64,000 nt of DNA from Antechinus flavipes (lineage: Eukaryota). Both the position numbers and the translations under genes were made by a program. This document shows, one piece after another, positions 1 to 11,300 of this stretch. The DNA lies in NCBI RefSeq assembly GCF_016432865.1, contig NC_067401.1, positions 110,856,001-110,920,000 on the forward strand, in the 5' to 3' direction. Each line of letters begins with the position of its first letter. Within the stretch, counting starts at the first letter, position 1. A model generated the notes under the pieces. The model did no database searches, was not told the origin of the DNA, and worked only from the letters and a program-made list of their open reading frames with translations.

Positions 1-2104
1 ACCCCAGAGACTCTACTAAAAAGTTATTAGAAATAATCCACACCTTCAGCAAAGTTGCAGGATACAAAATAAACCCACATAAGTCATCAGCATTCTTATA
101 TATCACTAACAAAACCCAACAGTTAGAGTTACAAGAAGAAATTCCATTTAAAGTAACTACTGATTATATAAAATATTTAGGAATCTATCTGCCAAGGGAA
201 AATCAGAAACTTTATGAGCAAAACTACAAAACACTTTCCACACAAATTAAGTCTGATCTAACCAACTGGAAAAATATTAAATGCTCTTGGATTGGGCAAG
301 CAAATATAATAAAAATGACAATACTACCTAAACTAATCTATTTATTTAGCGCTATACTAAAACTCCCAAAAAACTACTTTGATGACCTAGAAAAAATAAC
401 AATAAAGTTCATATGGAAAAACAAAAGGTCAAGAATTTCAAGGGAATTAATGAAAAAAAAATCAAATGAAGGTGGCCTAGCTGTACCAGATCTAAAATTA
501 CATTGTAAAGCAGCAGTTACTAAAACCATCTAGTATTGGCTAAGAAATAGACTAGTTGATCAATGGAATAGGTTAGGTTCAAAGGACAAAACAGCAAATA
601 ACTTTAATAATATTGTGTTTGACAACCCTAAAGACCCCAGTTTTGGGAATAAGAATGCATTATTTGACAAAAATTGCTGGGAAAATTGGAAATTAGTATG
701 GCAGAAACTAGGCATTGATCCACATTTAACACCGTACACCAAGATAAGGTCAAAATGGGTTCATGACCTAGGCATAAAGAATGAGATTATAAATAAATTG
801 GAAGAGCATAGGATAGTTTACCTCTCAGACTTGTGGAAGAGGGAGGAATTTATGACCTAAGAAGAACTAGAGATCACTATTGACCACAAAATAGAAAATT
901 TTGATTATATCAAATTGAAAAGTTTTTGTATAAACAAAACAAATGCAGACAAGATTAGAAGGGAAACAATAAACTAGGAAAACATTTTTGCAGTCAAAGG
1001 TTCTGATAAAGGCCTCATTTCCAAAATATATAGAGAATTGACTCTAATTTATAAGAAATCAAATCATTCTCCAGTTGATAAATGGTCAAAGGATATGAAC
1101 AGACAATTCTCAGATGAAGAAATTGAAACTATTTATAGACATATGAAAATATGCTCCAAATCATTATTAATCAGAGAAATGCAAATTAAGACAACTCTGA
1201 GATACCACTACACACCTGTCAGATTGGCTAGAGTGACAGGGAAAGATAATGCAGAATGTTGGAGGGGATGTGGGAAAACAGGGACACTGATACATTGTTG
1301 GTGGAATTGTGAACACATCCAGCCATTCTGGAGAGCAATTTAGAACTATCCTCAAAAAGTTATCAAACTGTGCATACCTTTTGATCAAGCAGTGTTTCTA
1401 CTGAGCTTATACCCCAAAGAGATACTAAAGAAGGGAAAGGGACCTGTATGTGCCAAAATGTTTGTGGCAGCCCTGTTTGTAGTGTCTAGAAGCTGGAAAA
1501 TGAATGGATGCCCATCAATTGGAGAATGGTTGAGTAAATTGTGGTATATGAATGTTATAGAATATTATTGTTCTGTAAGGAATGACCAGCAGGATGAATA
1601 CAGAGAGGACTGGCGAGACTTACTGATGCTGAGTGAAATGAGCAGAACCAGGAGATCATTATATATCTCAACAACGATACTGTTTGAGGATGTATTCTGA
1701 GGGAAGTGGATCTCTTCGATAAAGAGAGTTAATTCAGTTTCAAATGATCAAGGATGGACAAAAGCAGCTACATCCAAAGAAATAACACTGGGAAATGAAT
1801 ATATACTGCTTGCATTTTTGTTTTTCTTCCCAGGTTATTTATACCTTCTGAATCCAATTCTCCCTGTGCAACAAGAAAACTGTTCGGTTCTGCACACATA
1901 TATTGTATCTAGGATATACTGTAACCTATTCAACATGTAAAGGACTGTTTGCCATCTGGGGGAGGAGGTGGAGGGAGGGAGGGGAAAAATCAGAACAGAA
2001 GTGAGTGCAAGGGATAATGCTGTAAAAAATTACCTTGGCATGGGTTCTGTCAATAAAAAGTTATTTAAAGAATAATTAAAAAAAAAGAATGTAAAAAAAA
2101 AAAA
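1..2104 (+). mobile_element. LINE-1 3' portion (ORF2 RT C-terminal half, Cys-rich C-terminus, 3'UTR, poly-A tail); truncated by window start
   Basis: One frame from 3 to 1700 gives L1 ORF2 motifs (KVAGYKIN, IKYLGI, KMTILPKLIY, CWRGCGKTGTLIHCWW), interrupted by stops at 531, 858, 975 and 1341. AATAAA at 2052-2057, then an A-rich tail. Confidence 0.95.
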
Positions 2105-2169
2105 GAAAGAAAACTATCTTTACATGTAATTGGAAAAATAAAATACTATTGAAAAGAAAAAAAAATGTT

Positions 2170-3850
2170 GAAAACGCTTTTCAATCCAGCTTCCAACCTT
2201 ACTATTCAACTAAAATAGATCTTTCCAAAGGTATTAATGATTCTCAGATCTCATCTTTCTTGACTTCTCTCCAGTCTTTGACACTATTGATCACTCTCTT
2301 CCTAATACTCTCTTCTTTCTAGGTCCTAGTGATATACTTGATGAAGGCCCGAACCTCTAAAATTACTTGAAGGACAAATTCTCTTTGAATCCTCTCTCTG
2401 TAAAAGACCCCATCCCAGGGAAACAGAACAAATAGCTTCTTTCTGTTATCTAGGTGGGGCTGGTTGAGTTTGGAGCTGGAGATACCAATCATATTGAATT
2501 GAAGAGAACATCCATTCAATTCTAAGATTATCTATTCTGAGTCCAGCTCAAACTCCACCCACTAGCCCCCACTAGCTCCTTGGGCTGGTAGCCAAAGGCT
2601 TCTATTATAAAAGAGCCAATTTTAAACTTATTTTTCAAAGAGGAGCTAATATGCCATGCCAAGGAAACTCTCTCTTCCTGGCATAGCAGCCTCTGCCCGC
2701 TGAAATAATATTCTCTTTCAGCATTACCCTCTTTTTATCTCCCTCACCTATTTCCCTAAGGAGACTATATCTTTCTGCCAGGATTTCTCTACTAGAAACT
2801 TTACTTCTCTGCCAGGACTCTTCCACTAAAGAATTTAGCCTTTCTATTTATGCATAGCAAAGGCTGACTTCTAAATGCCTATAATAAACTTCTTTTTATC
2901 AGTCTAGCTTTTTGGGTTCCTAAATTCCTTTACAAAGGATCTCTGCACCGTTAGAAGGGAGTTCCTACAACTCCCTACCTTGTGGGGAATCCTAAGGGGA
3001 TTCAGGGGAGCCAAACCTCTTTATTTGGTTCCCTGAACCCTGAATCTGCCACTAACCTCATCATCTAACTTCCTGACCACCAAGAACCCTAATCTCATCA
3101 TTTGGTTCCCTAACCGGGAACCCTGAAATCTAGAGCTCATCAAACTATCTTCTGGTTCTTCTCCTACTCTCCTGTATTAGAAGTCATGTTATTAAACATA
3201 GGTATCCTGGGTTTTGTCCTGGGCCCCCTTTACTTCTTCTTCTCCATCTCATCAGCTCCCATGGAGTCAGTTATCATCTCTATCCTAATGATTCTTATGC
3301 CAACTTATTCAGTACTAATCTCTCTCTTGATCTCCTGATTTTCTGATCTTGACCTCTCCAATTGCCTATTGAACATCTAGAACTGGATTATGACAGACAT
3401 CTTAAACTCAACAAGTCCAAAACTGAACTCATCTTTTCCCCCAAATCCTTCCTTTTTCTTAACTTCTATTACTATCAAGGGTACCAGCATTCTCCCCATC
3501 ATGCAGACTCAAAACATAGATGTTATTCTGGGTTCTTTTTTCTCTTTTTCCATCTCGCCCTCCTCCTCCCCCCCCCCCCCCCCCCGCCAATATCTAGCCA
3601 GTTATCAAGTCTTGTCTATTCCAACTTCCTTTTTTCCTCTGATACTGCCACTGCCTTGATCACCTCATGCCTATATTATTGCAACAGCTTACTGATTAAT
3701 CAGCTTGCATCAAATCTCTGCTCATTTCACTCCATCCTCCACTCAGCTGTCCAACTAATCTTCCAAAAGTACAGGTCTGACCATGTCAACCCCCTATTTA
3801 ACAAACTGTGGCACCTCTTTGTCATCTTCAAAATCAAATTTATTGTTCAG
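2170..3850 (+). mobile_element. Ancient LINE-2 fragment, split by the LTR at 2339-3142
   Basis: ORF 3362-3886 contains degenerate L2 ORF2 motifs (HLKLNKSKTELIF, LYYCNSLL, RSDHVNPL). L2-like text resumes on both sides of the LTR. Confidence 0.75.
2339..3142 (+). mobile_element. ERV1-like LTR, family copy 1
   Basis: TGATGA...TCATCA termini; 4-bp TSD with one mismatch (TACT 2335-2338 / AACT 3143-3146); TATAAAA 2606-2612; AATAAA 2883-2888; similar to elements at 27145, 62248 and about 63434. Confidence 0.85.
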
Positions 3851-3884
3851 TTATGTCCCCATTTAGGGTTTTGTTGGCAGAGAT

Positions 3885-4030
3885 AATGGAATGGTTTGCC
3901 ATTTTCTCCTCCAGCTTATTTTATAGATATGGAAACTGAGGCAAACAGAAGTAAGTGACTTGTTCAGGGTTCCATGGTTAATAAGGGCCTGGGGTCAAAT
4001 TTGAATTCATATCTTCCTGATTTCAAGTCT
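3885..4030 (-). mobile_element. CORE-SINE (MIR/Mar-like) fragment
   Basis: GGAAACTGAGGC...AAGTGACTTG...TTTGAA core, reverse orientation; boundaries approximate. Confidence 0.6.
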
Positions 4031-4255
4031 AAGGCTCTATCCTGAGTGTTTAAAGTACTTAAAAGTCCTTCATGATGTGATACCTTCCCCACCCACTTTC
4101 AACCTTTCCAGTCTTTTTATACTTAATAATCCTTCTCTCAACATATTCAGCAATCTAATGACATTGGTCTCCTTGCTCTTCCTGGAACAAAACACTTCAT
4201 CACCCATGTGGAACTTTCTCCCTCATCATTTCTACCTCCTAATTTCCTCCAGCAA

Positions 4256-4703
4256 TGCCAAGAAACTGAGGCAGATAGAGATTAGAGAAGAATTTAATAT
4301 TTTATTTGAAAGGGAGAGATTTACTGGGACTAAATGGATCCATGGTTTGGTCCCAGGGCTGAATGAGACTATCATCTCCAAGAATCCAGCCACGAATTTC
4401 AGATACGAGATTTTTTTATAGGATAACAAGAATGATGACATAATGGGGGAGGTACCTGAGATGGGGATGATCTAATGGGGGAAGCACCTGGAAGGGATGA
4501 CCTAATGGGGGGAGGCACCTAGGATGACATAATGGAGGGAGGTACTGGAGAGCTTCCTGATATTCTAATGAAGTCTAAGATATAAGACCTTTATCCTATC
4601 AAACATTAAGAGGGAATGAGTATAGCCTGAGGTCTTGGGGCAAAGTAACTGAGGTAGGACAATTAGGGAAACTGGGTCAGAATATTAAAAGGGAACTGTG
4701 GCA
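4256..4703 (-). mobile_element. Solo LTR (second family) with internal tandem repeat
   Basis: TGCCA...TGGCA termini; minus-strand TATAAAA (4414-4420) and AATAAA (4301-4306); four imperfect ~27-30 bp repeats at 4434-4548; TSD only degenerate (CAGCAA/CAACAC). Confidence 0.7.
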
Positions 4704-5281
4704 CAACACTCCTAGTTTGGCTTCTTCCAAGCCCCAAATATCTTCTGCAAAAAAAAAAAAAAAATTTCCCCAACCTTCCTTAATCTTCATATCTTCTCTT
4801 AAAGGCCATTCCCACATCTTCTTATATATAGTTATTTGAATCTCCCACTTAAGACTGTGAGCTCCTTGAGAGCAATCTTTGCCTTTCTTTGTATCCAAAG
4901 CTCCAAGCACAAAGTTTAACAAATAGCTCTTAATAAATACTTATTGACTGACAATATCTGAGTAGGTATATTAGCTGACATAAAGTAGTTTCAAGTGAAG
5001 TATTTCAAACATATTATACCACTTGATCAGCTCAATGAAGCATTCATTATCAATGTTTTACAGATGAAGAAACTGAGGATCAGAAAGGTGAAGTTATTTG
5101 GCCATTGTTGTGGCTTGTGTCAGAAGCAGAGTTTAAAACTAGTTCTGCCTAGTTCTGAGTCCAGTATTCTTTCTATTATGCTAAGCTGTCTAACAACGAA
5201 GGGTGGGAACCAGTCAAAGAAAGAGGCTAGAGAAAGAAAAGTGGGGGGACTGTCCAACAAGAGGATGGGGGAAGATCAGTT

Positions 5282-5321
5282 GGGTGTGCCCCTTTTCTTC
5301 TCTCTGGCTCCTTCAGATAAG
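5282..5321 (+). promoter_or_regulatory. PKLR: PKLR erythroid (R) promoter: CACCC box, PKR-RE1-like CTCTG, GATA site
   Basis: GGGTGTG 5282-5288, CTCTG 5302-5306, AGATAAG 5315-5321, about 80 nt upstream of the R-exon ATG. Confidence 0.8.
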
Positions 5322-5395
5322 AGGGGCAGGCACCCTCCCCTGTGTTTCTTTTTCTCCATTCTCCATGTGGCTTGAAGGACCCACCATTTGGAGCC

Positions 5396-8300
5396 ATGTC
5401 ATTAGAAGGCCTTGCTCCTGGAATATTAGGGCCATGGACCTCTAAGCACCAACAGGACTTGATGACTTCCTTCCTCTTAGGGGCCCCAGGAGGTAAGGAT
5501 AGGGGAAAAATCCCCTTTAGATATTGTTCAATTAAACTGTATTGGACAAAGGAGGAAACAGTCCAAGAGGAGAAAGTGAGACAAGTACACTTGTCTCACT
5601 ATCTAACTGACATTGTCACTTGAAAAGGATCAGTGCACATTTTGCATGATAATTTCCATCTGTACAGTGCTGGGTTTTTTAGAAAGAGCTTTATATAAAC
5701 TGTTCCAATGGATATTCATATGAGTTCTATAAAGTGGAAAGATTATTATTATCATTCTGTTTACAAATGAGGGAACTAAGGGGAACAGATGAGGCAACTT
5801 TGGTATACTTTAGGAACATTTTTGAGTAAACAGACCTGGGTTTGAATCTACTTACTTCTCCTGTGGCCTTTATCTTTCTGGGACTGTTTTTTTATCTATA
5901 AAATGAAGGAGTTGGGTTCTTCTAGTTGTAATATTCTATGATCTTATCAGTATTTGTAGTGACTTGCTCAGGACTTGGACCCAGGTTTTCTGGTGCCCAG
6001 TGCTCTGCAGCTTGTTTACATTCATACATTAATTGCCCAGGAATAGATTATTCCCAGTCCTCAGAACTCCCCTTGAAATGTCCTTCCCTCCTCTCAAGGT
6101 CTGCAGGTTAGACTATGGGGAACCTGCAAGCACGGGAAGCTCCCGTGGCAGCTGAACTCTGCCCCGTGTCATGAAAGACTCAGTGAATTGTGGGGCAGTG
6201 AGGACAAAGAATCTGGTAATACTTTAACCAGCCATTCAGAGGCTTGCCCAGATCAGAGCAACACCAGGGTGATTAGCAGCAGACACACAGACGCTGAACA
6301 TGTCTAACAGCATGGAGGGTAGGCTCTGGCGAGAAATGGAGGGCTTGGAGGAAAAGGAAGAGAGGGTCCTGAGAACTCATTCTCAGAATGGGAAACCTTA
6401 GAGACTGAAGGAGCTGGGAGAAAGAAGGAAGATAATTAAGGGAGTTTAATATACTGAGAAGCAAGGAGGTCGGGGTGGTTGGAAGATAAGAGTATGGGGA
6501 TTGTATACACACAAATGTCCTTCAGCGATTTAAATCCCTGTGTATGAGAATGAGGGGGCTGAAAATGGAATAAGAGCTAACACTGGTAAAGGAATAGAGG
6601 GACCAGGATTTGAGCAGGGAGAAATCTAGGAATGAAAGAAGGGAACTTAGGGAGAGGATTGAGTTCTAGGTTATTGATTAATATCTACTGTAATCACTCT
6701 ACTTTCTCCCTTTCCAGGACCAGCCGGCTACCTTCGAAGGGCTAGTGTGGCCCATTTAACCCAGGAACTAGGTGCTGCCTTTTTCCAGAAGCAACAGCTC
6801 CCAGCAGCCATGGCAGATACCTTTCTGGAGCATCTCTGCTTACTGGATATTGACTCAGAACCAGTGGCTGCCCGAAGTACCAGCATCATAGCCACCATAG
6901 GTAACTAACAATAATTGATAAACATTTATTAAGCACCAACTCTATGCCAGGCAATGTGCTAATGCTGGAGATTAAAACAAAAGAGGCAAAAGATATTCTC
7001 TGCCTTCAAAAACCCTCAATCTAATGGCAAAGCTCACTCTTTACAGTGATAGCGAGTCAGAAAAAAAGCATTTTTTTGCACAATTCTCATTTAAGAATGA
7101 TAGCATCTTTGTGAGCTGGGGTGGTAGGAAGGAGCAACTATTTTCACTTGACTAAAGCTGAGACTCAGAGGAATCAATGGACTTTGCTCATTATAAGTCA
7201 ACACCAGAGGCAGACTTAGAACCCATGTCTCTAGTGTTCTATTTTTTCCCAAATGCCTCCCATTCCAACTCTATCATCACATACCCTTATTTCTCATCTT
7301 TCCCTTTACCAGTCTCAAATCCCACATCATCAAAGTCAAGTCCCACGTCATTGTCAATATCATCCCATATTGGTATCACTCTACCTGGATCCCCTCATCA
7401 AATCTAAGGACATCCATTCCTGCTCCACATTTTCCAACATTATATATGACAACATCATTCTCTGGCTCCAGATATAATTAAATCTCACATCCTCTAGCAT
7501 TGCTCACTTTCCAGATATTTTCTTTCAATGATATGGGGGAGGACTGAAGTGATAGAATGTGAGATTTTTGAGAGGTTAAATTGAATCTTTTTGATTGTGA
7601 AGGGAAGAAGGGGGAAGGAAGCATCTCTCTGCAATAGAGATGTCTAACCTAGAAGAAGAGAGGAAGTTTCTTTGAGTTAGGAAAAGAGGGGCGTATTTGA
7701 ATAATAAAAGAGGAATTCTTTGAGTAGAAGAAACAATTAACAAACATTTAACAAATGCCTACTATGTGTCAGACACTGTGTTAAATTTTAAAGACATAAG
7801 AGGGTAAAAATCATTCCCTACTTTTTTACACTCTAACGGAGGAGACAATATGCAAATTCCTATGCACATAAAAAATATGTAGAGGAGTAAATAAGAATTA
7901 ATCTAAGAAAGAAGACACCAGTATTAAAAGGGAGAGGAAAGCTTTATTGCAGAAAATAGCATTTTACCTGAGACTTAAAGGAAATCGGGGAAGCCAAGAA
8001 ATAAAGGAAGGAGAACATTCCAGGCAGGGAAGACAGTCAATGAAAATACATGGAGTCTGGAGATGAAGGGTCATGTATGAAGTACATCAGGTAAGTCAAT
8101 GTTACTGGATTGGATAGTACATGGAGGAGAGTAAAGTGTAAGAAGATGGGAAGGTAAAAAGGAGCCTGGATTTTAAAGTCCAAAGAGATGATTTTATATT
8201 TGCTCTTGAAGGTAGTAGGAGGGCAATAGAGTTGAATGAGTTGCGGTGGGGTGGGGAATGATATGGCTAGAGCTGTACTTTTAGCAAGATCTTTATTTAT

Positions 8301-11300
8301 TTTTTGAGGCACTTGGGGTTGTGATTTGCCCAGGATCATACTAGTGTCTGAATCCCGATTTGAATTTGGATCTTTCTGACTGTACCACCTAGCTGCCCTG
8401 GAAAGATCAATTTGACATCTGAGTAGAATATGAAATGGAATGGTGAAAAGACTTGAGGGAGGGAAACTAACCAATCACATCTCAGTAATCAAGCATTTAT
8501 TACTCACTTTCTATGTACCAAGCTCTGTGCTAAGTACTGTGGACACAATGAAAGGCAAAAGCAAACGAGCAAACAAAAAATTCTAATCCCTACTCTCTGA
8601 CAGCTGGGTTAATGGGAAGACAAAATGCAAACAATTATGTATAATCAAGATATGTGCAGAATAAATTACAGCTAATCAATAGAGAGAAGATACTAATATT
8701 AAGGGGAATGCGGAAAATTTCTTGTAGAAGATGAGATTTTAAATGGGATTTGAAGAACGATGAGTGAGAAAATTTCAGGCAATGAAAATATATGGAGTTG
8801 GATGATGGAGTGTCTTGTTTTAAAAAAAAATCAGTTCATGTAAATCTTTACAGGCCTAAAAAAATTACTTAATTTAATTTAATTAAAAAAAAACAGAAAG
8901 GAAGTCATAATCACTATATTGAAGGATATTCAGATGGGGAGAAAGGGAGGAGGAAGAAAGTTTAAGAAAACTAAAAGGTAAGAGGGCAAGGTTATGAAGG
9001 ATTTTAAAAGATAAACAAAGAAGATTATATTTAAAACTGAAGATAACAGGGAATCACCAGACTTTATTGAAAAAGATGATATGGTCATATCTGCACTTTA
9101 TGAAGATAAAGTTGTGTTGAGGATGGAATGAAGTTGATAGAGATTTAGGGCACGGAAATACCAGAAGGATATTTCAATAGTCCAGAAATGGGGTGAGAAT
9201 GGTTGCAGTGTCAGAGTGGAGTAGAGGTACGTTGGAGAGACATTACAAATGTAGAATCAGTACAACTTGGCAACAGATTAGAAATAGGATTGAGGGTAAG
9301 GAATAAAGGATGACCCTTAGGTTATACCTTGTGTGACTGGGAAGAGAATTCTGCCTAAGAATAGGGATATTAAGAAGAGAAAAAGGCTTGGGGAGATAGT
9401 TCAGTTTTGAACAGGCTGAGTTTAAGATGTCTATGATAAGTGATTTTGAGATGTATAATAGGCAATTGGAAATGTAAGGTCAGAAGTTAGGGCTAGATAA
9501 GTAAATCTGGGAATTATCAGCAGAGCAATAACTCTGTGGAAGTTGATGAGATCACCAAATGAAATAAAATAAAGGAAGAAGAAAAAGGGGCCTGGGATAG
9601 AGCCTTGAGAGACATCCCAGGTTTAATGTGACCTTGACCTAAGGTGTGGGCTGGATGTGTCTCTAGCAAGAGAGTCTGAGAAAGAGTAGTTAGACAAATA
9701 GAATCAAGAGGAAAAGTCACAAATCTTAGAGAGAAGCAAAGAGGATTTGGGAAAGAAAATGACAGTATTGAAAGGGACCTCAGAGGCCATGTAGTTTAAT
9801 ATGTCCCTTAAAAAACCCCACTAAAATGACAAATATTCATCCAGTCTTTGCTTAAATACTTTTAAGGAAGGAGAAATCATTATCTTCCAAGGCAGCCAAT
9901 TTCATTTTTAGATAACCATATAATGAAGTTTTTCATTCTCACTTCTACTTTTAATCCTTTCTGAACAAGAAGAAATCTAATCTATCTTCAATCTGGTACC
10001 CTTCATCAATTTAAAAACAACTTTCATGTACCCCATCCCTCAGAGTCTTTTCTTCTCCAAACTAACCATCCTCATGTCCTTCACCCAATCCTCATAGAGA
10101 GAGAAGGGGGAAGCAGTTAGGTGGTAAAGTAGACAGAACCTTGGGCCTGGAGTTAAGAAGACCGGAGTTAAAATTCTGCCTCAGAAATTTACTAGCACTG
10201 TGATCCTTGGGCAAGTTGATTAATTTGTCTGCCTCGTTTCTCCATCTCAAAAAGGGGATAATAACAATACCTACCTTGCAGAATTGTTTTGAAGATCAAC
10301 TGATTTGTACAATATGTGCCACTCACATAGTAAGTGCTATTTAAATGTTAGCTATTATTATTTGTAGTCATAATCTTAAGACCTTTCACCATCCTGTTTC
10401 CACTCCTCTGGATGCTCTGCAGCTATCAATGCCCTTCCTAAAATGTGGTACTCAGAACTAAAGACAGCATTTTAGAACCAGCCTGACCAGGATGGAGCAC
10501 AATAGGGCTCCTTCTGTATCCTGTGCTTCTGTTCTTGGTGATCAATACCCCAATGTTTGCTAACAATAGTATCTTCAGATTTTGCCAGGAAAGGAAGTAA
10601 AGCTCATTTGCTTAGAAATTTCACATTCTATTCTCCTCCCTCAAAAAAAAAAAAATCAAGTTGCTTCCCATTCTACATTTTGTAACATCTCTCCCACTTG
10701 CACTTGTTCTCCTCTGACTGCCCCTGTTCTGGTGCAGGTCCTCATCACTCCACACCTGGACTATTGGATTATTTTTCTGGTTGATCTCCCTGTTTTATGC
10801 TTTTACCAACCCCATTCCTGCCATCTTTCTCTCTTCCTCCATTTCTTCCACATATCACTGACAGTGAATGGTATTGCAGTCATGTGCACGAAATCCTTTC
10901 AAGAATTGGAATTCATCTAGGACAACTGGACAGACTCTTATCTGGGAAAGCAGAGGGGGTCTGTGGAGCGAGAGAAAAGGCATCTTTTAATCAGAGAAGA
11001 GTTTTTCAGACACAGTGTGTCTCTCTAAAGAGGTTATTGTTCTCTTGTATCTGACTCTTCAGTGACCCCATCTGGAATTTCCTCAGCAAAGATACTGAAG
11101 TGATTTGCCATTTCCTTCTCTAACTCATTTTACAGACGAGGAAACCGAGGCACACAAGGTTAAGTGCCTTGCCTAGATCACATAGCTAGTAAGCTCTGAA
11201 GCAGAATTTGAACTCAGGTCCTCCTGAATCCAGGGCAGGTGCTCTTGTCCACTGTGGTCACCTAGCTGGATATTGCTTCTCTTCTTCAGCCTTAAGAATT

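Noticed and set aside
531-1343. Three of four L1 ORF2 stops are TGG>TAG, hinting at APOBEC-type editing
   Set aside because: Trp codons are one transition from a stop, many other TGG codons are intact, and no general G>A excess is visible by eye.
3362-3886. 174-aa ORF as a novel gene
   Set aside because: It is a degenerate L2 ORF2 C-terminus running through a poly-C tract.
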